Shown here: positions 52,571 to 64,000 of the stretch, in pieces
How the letters are laid out: every line of letters starts with the position of its first letter
Position numbering within the stretch: position 1 is the first letter of the stretch
DNA from: Octopus vulgaris
Lineage: Eukaryota
NCBI GenBank assembly: GCA_951406725.2
Contig: OX597819.1
Span: forward strand, 89,280,001 to 89,344,000
Direction: 5' to 3'
DNA length: 64,000 nt
Made by a program: the position numbers and the translations under genes
Notes under the pieces: generated by a model
The model's database searches: none
The model's input: the letters and a program-made list of their open reading frames with translations, nothing else
What the model was told of the DNA's origin: nothing

Positions 52571-53575
52571 AGGTTGAGATATTTCAATGAGTCTGAAAAA
52601 TTCACCAAGAAACTGTTGTATTGTGTCCGGCTTCTTGTATCTCTGTGTTACCAACACCTATATGATTAAGTCAGTGCTAATAGACTTAGTTTAATGACCC
52701 AAGAAATTGTAACTAATTAAAAGTAAAATGTAAGCTATGCAGTAGGGGGAGTGAGATGATATTGGCAGGAGCGTGACCAGAATTATTCATGAAGTTACCA
52801 ATTCTTTGGTGTCACTATGGGATTAATTTTTATTGATCATAATTTCTTGGTTCACTGCAATACATGTGTTAGATTTAGGTGCTCCTACATTATGAGATGC
52901 ATAATAAAGCAGCTAGTGGTTGATCTGCTGCAGTTCTTTCTGTTTGTGACTTTCCTGGAATGCTTGGTAGCAGGTGTTCGTAACCCCAACTATTTTTTTC
53001 TCTTTTCTTTCATTCCATGACATTACAATCTTTTGCACATTGAGCAGTTGGCAGGTACAAAGCATGACCTGACAGGTGAAAATGACGTAACATCACAATA
53101 CTTTGCAATGACTGGAAGTTGCTCTGCAAAAAAAAAAAATTCCTCGTTTGTAATTCTTTCTCTACTGGATGACATTGAGGTGCTTCCACAGGCATCATTG
53201 AAGGAATATATTCTGCTTTTTAGACACTTTCACTGATATCTTCTAAAAGTTATATAGTTCATTGCCATAGGTGTTAGCATTGAGTTTATGATTTGGTTTC
53301 CATATAGAACAAGTCTTCAGGTATTTCCTCCTAGTCATTAACATCAAAATGGAATCACAACTATAACTTACCATAAAAATGTAAGTAACAGATAAACAAG
53401 GCAATATTGTTTTCTTTTTATATCTTTTGGTCATGTGATATGCCAGAAGCTCTATTCATTATGTCATATGATACACTGTCCATTTTCCATTTAGAATATC
53501 TCTCAGATGTGACATGTTTCTATTTTATTTCTATTTTATCATTCAGTAACACCATCAGTTCCTTCCACCACCACC

Positions 53576-53612
<37 letters not shown>

Positions 53613-53750
53613 AATGAGGGGTTTAGTTCACTGATGACCTAAATCAATAGGTACGCTGTGCAAGTGCTGTAATTGGTCATCTATAAGGTTCCAGGTTCAC
53701 AGCTGAGGCTGGAGTAAGGGATCCGTAGTAGGCTTCTGAGTCAGCGAGTA

Positions 53751-54100
53751 TATATTAAAAGAAATGGAAAACAAAAACCAAGGCATAATGAGCATCTCAG
53801 CTCATTTAGAATATTTAATTAGAATAAAGGTAAATCAAAAAAAGGAGAAGTGGGAGTAAGTAATGTCTTACAGCTGTTTGTGGGATACCCTAGGTGATGG
53901 GTCAATATCTCTGTACACTGACGGAATATCCAGTGTATGGAGATCTTGACTCATCACCTGGGATATCCCAGAAACAGGTGTAAGACATTACTTACTTCTA
54001 ACATTTTTTTTTTTTGAGTCACCTTTACTCTAATTAAATATTCAAAAAGACCTGAGATGCTTGTCCTGCCTTGGTTTTGTTTTTCCTTTCTTTTAATATA
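53751..54100. repeat. Diverged fold-back, ~170-bp arms, 10-nt loop (53921-53930)
   Basis: tatattaaaagaaa..gtacactg pairs with cagtgtat..tttcttttaatata. The arm shares gatatcccagaaa.ag.tgtaagacat with 7610-7636. Confidence 0.9.
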
Positions 54101-54192
54101 TATATATATATGTGTGTGTGTGTGCATGTATATATATATGTGTGTGTGCATGTATATATATATGTGTGTGTGTGTGTGTGTATATATATATA

Positions 54193-54640
54193 CAGGGTGT
54201 CCCAAAAACATGTACTCACATTTTGACTCCTCATAACTCAGTGAATTTTTCATTTCTCTTCTGATCAAATTGACCTTAATAATCGTAGAAGTATGACTAA
54301 GTTTTAAAGAAGAAAATTTATCATGAAGTTCAGCTGGAGGCAGAAAAACATCATGGAATTGCAAAGACAATTTAGAAAACATTTTCACAAAGATCTACCA
54401 ACATGACACATCGTTGCTCACATCTGAGATGAGTTGTATCAGATGGAACTGTGCATGATGTTCATAAGGAGTGTTCAAGAAGACCATGGTCATTAATCAT
54501 CCCGGCAAAGGAAAAATGATTGCTGGAAACTCTCCCACCAATCCTCACAGAAATCTGTATGACAAATGACTTCTGAGACAGGACTCCCAAAATTAAGTAC
54601 CCATTGCATTTTGAAGTAAGTTCATTGAAAATGTTACATT
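54193..54640 (+). mobile_element. Tc1/mariner-superfamily 5' fragment (DUF4817-like HTH)
   Basis: TA|CAGGGTGTCCCAAAA, then RKFIMKFSWRQKNIMELQRQFRKHFHKDLPT..DGTVHDVHKECSRRP. Confidence 0.65.
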
Positions 54641-56264
54641 CCAACATCAATCTACACTTTATATAAGGGTGGGTGGGAGTAACTGGGAAGAAGATAAGAT
54701 GGTAGTGAAGGGGTGCTAGAACAAACACTTAGGGTATGAGAAGGTGAGCATAAGAAACAACATGAGTAATGGATCAGGAGAAGAAGATGGGGAGTTTCAT
54801 AAGAGTGTGACAGGAGAGTAAGGGATGGTTAGAAATGGGGGTCGAAGTGAATGTAGTGAGTGATGAACAAGAGTGGAGGTATGGTTGATGGGAAATATCA
54901 GAGTGAGTAAAGAGGCCAGCTGGCAGAAACGTTAGCATGCAGGGTGAAATGCTTAGCGGTATTTCGTCTGCCGTTACGTTCTGAGTTCAAATTCCACCGA
55001 GGTCGACTTTGCCTTTCATCCTTTCAGGGTCGATAAATTAAGTACCAGTTACACACTGGGGTCGAATGCAATCAACTTAATCCCTTTGTCTGTCCTTGTT
55101 TCCCCTCTACATTTAGCCCCTTGTGGCCAATAAAGAAATAAAGGAAAGAGGCTAGTAGCAGGTGAAAAGATCCTCTCGAGTGTTGGACCTCATAGAAGCA
55201 ATGACCTAGACCTTTGGCATTATGTTGTGCTTGAGAAGATCCATCGAGCCAAGTAAAATCACAGTCTTGGCAGATACTGATGTCATGCAAATGGTACCTG
55301 TGTTGGTGGTATATAAAAGCACCCATTACATGCTCGGATTTGTTGGCGTTAAGAAGGGCATCCAGCCATAGAAACCATGCCAAATCACACTGGAGTCTAG
55401 TGCAACCTTTCAGCTTGCCAGCCCTCATCAAACTGTCCAACCAATGCCAGCATGGAAAACAGACATTAAATGATGATGATGATGGAGAAGGGATAAGGTG
55501 AATGAGAATTATACTAGACAAAAAATATTTTCAAAAAGTTTATTCTCTATTACTTAAATTTGAATCGATATTTTGAGGCAATTTTTTTGTCAACCTGCCT
55601 GAAACCACCCTTATTTCTATATTACAAATTCTGTTTTAAAGTAATCTAAATAAAACCCTTCTATCAAAACTTCATGTTAATTTGTGTTCCAAACGCCAAT
55701 AATGAGAAAGCTATTTTACTAATTCTTCATTATTTTCAAATTAACTGAAACAAAGTCAGTGCATGTTGACAGGAATAAGGTAACAAAAGGGTTAATCCCT
55801 GTTGATTAATTATCAAGTGCTTGCTCAATTAACCTCTATTAAAACCTATACAAATACCTTATAATTTACACTAAACACTCAAATATTAAAAGACATGTTA
55901 TAATAATTCATCTTTAATACAGTACATATTTGATACACAGTTAAGTATTTTTCTTCCACAAATACCTAGAATAAAAATCTAAATACCAACCTGCCTAAGA
56001 CCACCTCTGGTTCAATGAAATAAAAACCTCTCTTTCTCAAGTATTCATATTTAAATTAAAATTTACCAGAATAATCTTAAGTAAGAATTTTTCATTAAGT
56101 TATGTTTCAAACACTAGTTTAATTATAAAAAGACTGACTGTTCTACTAAATTTCTTTAAATTCTTGAGTATTTTCAAAAATAACTGAAACATGTTGTGTA
56201 TTTCATTAAAAATATGTTTACAAAAGGATTAAATGTTATGGTACATATTCATTTTAAATCAACA

Positions 56265-56885
56265 TGAGGTGTGTTCAAAAAGAATCCAACTATATTTTTT
56301 CCCAGCAAACCTAATGCCACATTGGCAAAATCTTTTGGGTGGGAGATGACAACACAACTTCCAGCATATTTGTGAAAATTTTCTTACCACTGGACCGTGT
56401 CAGTCCCTAGCTGTTTATGCCTAGAGCACAGATGTGTAGTATGTACTTATCAGACTTTCGTTTTCACTGAATGCATCGAGCAGAGATATTATATCAAGCA
56501 GAAATATTGCATCAACATTTGCCAGAAGCTTGGTGATATTCAAGTTTAAACCATCTAGAAGATTCAGCAGGCCTTTGGTGATGATACCATGGGCAAAACT
56601 CAGATCAAGGCGTGGTACAGCTGTTTCAGACATGGTCACAGCTCAGTGGAGGGCAAGGTATGATCAGACAGGCCATCCACAAACCAAAACAAGAAGCCAA
56701 TTGAGAAGGTTCAATGAATAGTCATGGAAGACCATCCTGTGACAATCCAGGAAATTGCTCACAAAATGGGAATAAGCACAAGATAAGTGCATTCCATTTT
56801 AATGGATGATTTATGTGTGTGGAGAGTGTCAGCAAAATTTTTTTTCAAGGTGTTGGCAGAGCAACAGAAGCAACTCCACCTACCA
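56265..56885 (+). mobile_element. Mariner 5' fragment (second family)
   Basis: TIR-like tgaggtgtgttcaaaaag. Protein EQRY..CQKLGD..KIQQAFGDDTMGKTQIKAWYSCFRHG..SDRPST with stops. Confidence 0.8.
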
Positions 56886-57394
56886 GCATGGAAATTTTTA
56901 TGCATGTGCAGGACCCCGAAAGGATGAAAAGCAAAGTCAACCTCGGTGGAATTTGAACTCAGAATGTAACAGCAGACGAAATACCACTAAGCATTTTTCC
57001 AGGTGTGCTAACATTTCTGCCAGCTTACTGCCTTTTACATGTTGTCACACAAGCACTTTTACGTGGCACCACATAGATGCTTCTATGCAGCACCACTTAG
57101 TATTTAGTAATAACAAGACTCAAAACAAAAAAGGACTTCCCTCCCTTCCCACCTTGCTAAATGAAGAAGTGGTAAGAGGAACATGTTTCAGACAGTTGAG
57201 TAAGTAAGTAGAAGTGTAAAGTAACTGATTCATGAAGTGTGACAATAAGAAAGGAAATAGAATCACCATCTAGGCAGCCAACTAGGTTTAATGATCTGAG
57301 ATTTAAATTACAGCCGGAAAATAGAAAATTGATATTTTGTACTCTTTTGACAGGAAAGGTTGACAAATTGTTCATGCATAGCCCTGCATGCACT

Positions 57395-57930
57395 GAGAGA
57401 TAGGTAAATAGATATATAAGGAAATGAATAGATTGGTACCTGGATAGGTAAATAAATGTGTAGATGAATTCATAGATTAGTAAATAGATAGATATGAATA
57501 AATTGAAAGATTAGCAGGGAATAGATAGGTAGACAGACAGATAGATAGGTAGGTAGGTAGACAGATAGATAGGTAGGCAGATAGACAGGCAGATATAGTG
57601 AGAAAGAAATATACAGGTAAAGAGATATAAATATAAATAGATAAACAAATAGATAGACAGATAAGGAAATAGATATATAGATAGATAGCCAGAAAGAGCG
57701 ATACATACATACATAGGTAGATAGAAAGAGCGATACATAGATAGGTAGATAGAATGAGCAATACATAGACAGGTAGATAGAAAGAGTGATACATAGATAG
57801 ACAAATATGATGAAAGGTAAACATATAGCCAAAGATAGATACAAAGATAAATAGATAAATAGACTGATAAATAGATAGATACATATGTACATATATTGAT
57901 AGACAGACTGACTGATGGATAAAATGGAAA
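57395..57930. repeat. Degenerate (GATA/GACA/GGTA)n tetranucleotide tract
   Basis: Simple repeat. Confidence 0.9.
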
Positions 57931-60900
57931 TATAATACTGCACTATTTAGCTGAGTGAGTAACAGGTGTTTAATAGGAATCACAACTTCCTGACTAACAA
58001 GATCTGGTTATCACTTACAAAGAAATAGATACAAACCTTCCAGAAGCACGTTCATTTTATCAGATAATAATCTTCATTTACCTTCAAGGTTTTCATACCT
58101 TCTGCATTTTATCACGAGTTGAAAAAGCTAACCAGCAACAATTTCAGTCATTTTGTTTTAACACCAACTCATATGAAGAAAAGCTCTCTGCAAATATAGA
58201 CTCATTCTTAAAGTATCCATACAAAATAACAGCGATATCAAAATTGTTCATGCATCATCAGATTTGACAGACTTGCTCTGCAAAACCTCTGTTCTGTGTT
58301 CAAATCCAAACAGGGTTTCCTAGCCTCTATGGTGGTTATTCAAACTGCAAGGAAAAGCTAGCAAATTTTCATCAAATCACACCTTGCCACCACCACCACC
58401 ACCATCATCATTTTAATGTCCACTATTCCATGGTAGCACGGGTTGGAAGGAATTTTTAAGGTGGAGTTTCTACAGCCAGATGCCCTTCCTGTTGCCAGCT
58501 TTCACCTGTTCCCAAGTAAGATAATATTTCCCTATGATCAGATACGTTCTCACAGGAGCAGGCATGGCTGTGAGGTAAGAAGCTTGCTTCTTAATCACAC
58601 AGTTCTGGGTTCAGTCCTTGACACCTTGGGCAATTGTCTTTTACTATAGTCTCTGGCCAGCGAAACCTCTGTGGATGGATTTGGTAGACAGAAACTGAAA
58701 GAAGCCTATCACATGTGTGTTTGTTTGTGTATGTGTTTGTCCCCTACCATTGCTTGACAACTGGTGTTGACGTGCTTACATCCCTGTAACTTAATGATTC
58801 AGCAAAATAGACTGATAGAATAAGTACCAGGCTTAATAATAAACTGGAATATGAGATGAACTGGAATATGAGAGAGTGCAGAATATGGAGTTGGAGTGGA
58901 GAGAAGAACCAGAATGGTGAGGAGATGAAGGAAGGAAAAAGCACAGAGGAAAACGAAAAAATGGAGACAAACAACAGGAAAGGATGAAAAAGGTAAGTAG
59001 GAAAATGTAGAATAATTACGAAGGAAAAAAAGAAAAATGAACATTATAAATTGTAATAATGAAAAATTGATGAACAGACAATTACATGTTAAAAAAGAAA
59101 AAGGAAAGAAAAAAGAAAAATTGTAATTTGTAAAAGGACATATATGAACTGTAGAGCAAAAAATGAAAGGAAAGGACACAGTTTCGCATTGTAGCAAAGC
59201 TAGGACATGTAAAAATCAATGTTTTTTGTGAAGTTATTGTTGTAAGTTTAAGAAAGTAAGATAATCACAGTTCATCTCACAGTGGGGGGCAAGGTGGCTG
59301 TCTCATTTACATCCTGTTTATATTCATTTCATTTTCATTTTTTCATTCGTTTTGTGTCCCTGCATGTATTTTGTATTGTCCCCTCTTTATAATCAGGCCA
59401 TTGTGCCTATAATAAAGAAATAAGGTTTAATAAAAAAAAAGTATTATATGTACTACGGTTGATTCATTTGATTAAATGTCCTTCGAGGTGGAGCCTCTGC
59501 ATGGCTGCAGTCTAATGACTGAAACAAGTAAAAGATAAAGATGGATGAAATGCTGCTAAGCATTTTGCCTTGTGTGCTAACGATTCTGCCAACTTACCGG
59601 CTTCTCACATTCTTTTGTATTTATAATATAAATATCCTTTCTACTATAGACACAGGGTATAAGGATGAATGACCATGAGATTGCACCTAGAAAGTTCCTC
59701 TCTGAGGCACAAGTCCAGGCAAGGTTGTTTTATAAAAGACCAGCAGTCGTCCATGCATACCAGATTCCCCTCTCCATGCCACTGATGTTATCCAAGAGAA
59801 AGGCGAATGCTGATACAACTTGGCACCAGTGATGTCGCAACTCATTTCTACAGCTGAGTGAACTGGAGTAATGTGAAATAAAGTGTCTTGCTCAAGAACA
59901 CAACACACAGCCTGGTCTGGGAACCCAACTCACTACCGACAATGAGCCATGCGCCTTCACAAGGCCTGAAATTTTTTTGGGGTGGGTGGGGGTAGTTGAT
60001 AACATTCCACCCCACCCCAGTGCTCAACCAGGGGTGAGGTAATTAATGCCTAAAGAATGAAAGACAGTGACAACCTCAGCAGAATCTGAACCCAAAACTT
60101 AAAGGCAGATGAAATGCAGCAGAGTATTTTGTTCAGCATGTGAATGATTCTGCCAGCTCACTGCATTATTGATAACAAATATCAGTGATATAATGGTATC
60201 GAATCAATCAATTTATATCGATTCTGTGTCTAATCAAATGGAATCAATAATAATCTTAAGAAACCATTTAACTTTTGAGGTGAACTAAAATCATATAATT
60301 AATAATCATTTCGATACAAATCGATCTACCCAATGTTGATTAATATTTTAACAACTAATTTGCATAATTGTCAAGTATTTAATTCTAAAACTATTTGGTC
60401 ATAAAGTAGTTCAAGAGTCAATATTTATGGTTTGTTATCCAATATCAATGTTCTCACTGACTGTTTTCAAATGTAGGGTTAACTCATGATTTACAGACCA
60501 GGAGAAGATGACCATCGTTCATAGAGAATTTTAAAAGTGACAAATGAATTTGTGAATACTAACACGGTCATGGTACAGTGTCTGAAATTTGGGTGAAGGA
60601 AGAACATAATTAATTAAATTGACCCTAGTTATTAACTGGTACTTATTTTATTGCCCCCACCACTCACACACCCATGTAAACACAACAGAAGTATGAGTAC
60701 ACAACTGAGCTCACCAGGGTTTGAACATAAAATAACAAACTATTAATGGAATCATAACTAAGTGATTTCCCCCTTAGTCATGTTTGGTACTTTTGAAGTT
60801 ACAAGTCACAGTATATCTAGATTGCTTTATTACTTTCAGATATATGTATGTATGTATCTCTCTCTCTCTCTCTCTATATATATAAATATATGTATACATG

Positions 60901-61272
60901 CACACACCTCATGCATAAAAACGCACATATACCACCACATACAACCCCTCGTTCACACACACAAATACAAAAACCTACACACACACAGAGACTTGCACGC
61001 ACACACATACCTCCTTCTCTTACACTCTCCTGTCTTAGAACTTTTTCTTCACCCATTCCCTTCTGGTCATTTCAAAATGTAACCACATGTGAATTGTTGG
61101 CGATTTTCTTCCTCCATCTTCCCTTCTATTGCACTTTTCTCTGTTTCTGAAGAAGAGCATCTGCTCGAAACATTAAACCATCTTTCTTTTCTTCCCTGAG
61201 TATCTGCTGATACATTACATGTACCACATCCTCGCATTGTTCTGTTTTTTGTTCTTTTTTGGATTTAATATA

Positions 61273-61470
61273 TATAAGATGTGTTATGAGCATCTATAGA
61301 ACACGTATCCTATATAAGCTCAACAAACAATTAAAGATGGAGAAGAGAAGGTGTTAAAAGTTTTATAAAATTTTAATTAAAATTTATAAAACTTTTAACA
61401 CCTTCTCTTCTCCATCTTTAAGAGTTTCTATACGATACGTGTTTTATAAATGCTCATAACACACCTTATA
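61273..61470. repeat. Spacerless palindrome, centre 61376/61377; near-perfect core 61331-61421, diverged outer arms
   Basis: ttaaagatggagaagagaaggtgttaaaag..ttttaa|ttaaaa..cttttaacaccttctcttctccatctttaa. Confidence 0.93.
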
Positions 61471-61635
61471 CTTGTAACATTTTCATATTTGAAAAAATAC
61501 TTACAATTAGTAACCTACCAATTTAATATGAAGAATCTTTATTAGAAATCTGACTTTGGAAACCACCCACCAAAGAAAAGATGAAATAGAACTTAACCTT
61601 TTCTCACATTTATATATATATATATATACATATAC

Positions 61636-61916
61636 ATTGATGCCATTTCTACAACTGATACAAGCTTCATAGTGGACAATCATGGAAGTTATCTAGAATA
61701 AGACCTTATACACCTGGCTTTTGTTGATCTAGAGAAGGCCTTTGATAGGGTTCCCATTCCATGATGAAGTGGCCACTGAAGAAGCTTGGAGTGGACAAAT
61801 GGCCTGTGTGAGATGTGCAAGCAGACAACAAGGTAATGTTAGTGATAAGTATAGTGATAAATCCAGTGTGAAGGTGGATGTACAACAGGTCTCAGTCCTT
61901 CTCCCAGTTTTGTTCA
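61636..61916 (+). mobile_element. RTE reverse-transcriptase remnant
   Basis: LAFVDLEKAFDRVP motif. Confidence 0.7.
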
Positions 61917-62169
61917 TGAAGGTGCATGGCTCAGTGGTTAGAGCATCAGGTTCACAATAAATAGGTAGTGAGTTCGATTCTCAGACCGGGCTGTGTGTTG
62001 TGTTCTTGAGCAAGGCACTTTATTTCACGTTGCTTCAGTTCACTCAACTGTAGAAGTGAGTTGTGACGTCACTGGTGCCAAGCTGTATAGGCCTTTGCCT
62101 TTCCTTTGGATAACATTGGTGACATGAGAAGAGGAGGCCGGCATGTATGGATGATAATAATAATAATAA

Positions 62170-62323
62170 TAACAACATCATCGAAAAATACCTCAGGAAT
62201 GAGAACCCAGGTTCGAAATTTCCCCAAGACACCTGATGAAGGTTGGAGGGTACATCAGCTGAAATGTGTTAACAACAAACAAGATGAGGACAAAATATCT
62301 GTCAAATGTAAATAATGTAAATA
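62170..62323 (+). ncRNA. Short repeat carrying a minimal hammerhead-ribozyme-like motif (retrozyme/PLE type)
   Basis: acacCTGATGAa-ggttgg..tcagct-GAAAtgtgt at 62229-62269, inserted at an (AAT)n tract. Confidence 0.5.
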
Positions 62324-63296
62324 AAGAAGCATTACATTTGACAGAATAATCTGAATGCTAAAGGGTTAAAGTTATATGTATATACAGGCATTTATCATTC
62401 AGCATACATATGTCTGTATCTGTGTGCTTGTATGTATGCAAGATTGTATGTTTACTGTCTTGTCTACACTAATGACCTTTTTGATAAGCTCTCACCTCTT
62501 TGACACCCCGCACCACTTGCCTTTCTGGGGGGTGGGGGTTCTTGTCCCTTGCATCACACATCTCTATCATTCATCTGTCTATTGCCCATACCACTATCAC
62601 CCATACCCTTTTTGCCTTTACTCTTATCTCCCTAGCTCTAGCTTCCTGTACCCACCCCTGTTATTTCATCTCTCACACACTCCTTCCCCTTATAAATCAC
62701 ACTGGATGTATGCTATTGATATGACTAAGGATAAGTGGTTCTCTGTTCTGTTTGCTACACATTACTCTTTCTCTCTCTCTCTCACCCATGCACATGTTTT
62801 CTGTTCTCCATACATTGCATTCTCTCATTGCTTTTGTTGCTTCTCTGCTCTGCAACATGCACTGCTTCCATTCACCCACAGTTATTACTGATCTCTCAGT
62901 CATTCCCTTTTTCTTCTCGATTCTCACTATATTATATTTCAGTATGACTGAGGATAGCAGTGGATACCTCCTGTTTGCCATACATTGCTTCCATCGAGAA
63001 TGTCACAGTGCCACTTCTGACCCATACTTTCCAATTCACCTCCTTCATCACTCAAAGCCCTGCGTCTCATCTTATTGCCTATGTGTAGCTGGCTAAATCA
63101 GACCACTTTTGTCAATTACACTCTGCCATCACCAACATCATCATTATCAACATTACTTTTACATCTGTCTTTCCATGCTGATATGGGTTAGATGAAACCA
63201 ATTGATGTAAATTCTCTGGAGTCTGGACTGCTCCCCAGCTGGATAGCTCCTGTCAAACCATTCAACCCATGGCAACATGGAAAATGGACTTTAAAC

Positions 63297-63335
<39 letters not shown>

Positions 63336-64000
63336 AATACTTTACAGATTAAAAAATTATACAACAATCTTAGTGATTTATTTACAAGTATTAAGTGAAT
63401 TTGGTTTGTCTATTAGTAAAGCTTCAATAGTTGTTATTCATTTTTGTGGAATTCTTATGACTTGTAATGGCTCCATGTTATAAATGCGGGTCCTTTAATG
63501 ATGGAGTATTGTACTTGTGTGTCTGATGTAACAGTCTGAGTCATGAAGTTTACAACTTTCAAGTGTATATTGGAGTTTAGATATTACATTGTGAAAGAAT
63601 GTGACCTAGTGGATAGGATATTGCATTCACAGTCACTACATTGTGGTTTCAATTCTCAGAGTGGGCAGTGTGTTGTGTTCTTGAGCAAAACATTTCATTT
63701 CATATTGCTCCAGTCCACTCAGCAGTAAATTAGAGTAACTCTGCAATGGACCAATTTTGATTACTTATATGCCATGAGAGCCAGGTAACTGGCCTGAAGA
63801 ATTCTAGGACCCAAGAATGAACTATGATTGTATATTACATTGGTTATCAGAATACGTATTCTATGGTTTGCTAGGTTTTAGTTTCATTTTAGGAGAAAGA
63901 AAGAGTGAGGAGGAAGGGATTATTAGATGCATTTGATTTAAACACATAATTATGAAAGTTTTCAACATTAAAGAATACAAAATATCTGGGAATTTAACGT

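Noticed and set aside
52290-52660. Minus-strand frame VLVTQRYKKPDTIQQFLGEFFRLIEISQP after an AG
   Set aside because: Split by a SINE with TSD, so not a functional exon; at most a weak LINE-endonuclease-like relic.
63455-63550. Possible C/D snoRNA or pre-miRNA hairpin
   Set aside because: A terminal stem and CTGA are present, but the C box (GTAATGG) breaks the kink-turn GA pair and the inner hairpin is short and bulged.

Overview
AT-rich, repeat-saturated eukaryotic DNA, most likely from an octopus (inference from tRNA-derived SINE families, RTE LINE tails ending in (GAT)n and very long TA/CA/GAT/GGT microsatellites). I found no intact host gene; most long ORFs in the track are microsatellite artefacts. 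The window holds fragments of RTE LINEs, Penelope-like elements (three GIY-YIG remnants plus several hammerhead-like cores), a Helitron 3' end, mariner, maT, Tc1-like, Merlin, hAT and pogo remnants, TTAA MITEs and dozens of SINEs. Three things stand out. (1) Six long fold-back inverted repeats, three of them without a spacer (30.6, 43.6 and 61.4 kb); some are built from hammerhead-bearing Penelope-like termini next to (TA)n tracts. (2) A CpG-retaining domain at about 35.9-49.8 kb with promoter-like edges between CpG-poor flanks. (3) An old ~150-bp hairpin-forming repeat at 8.9-12.4 kb. Family assignments come from motif recognition by eye, not database searches, and many boundaries are approximate.
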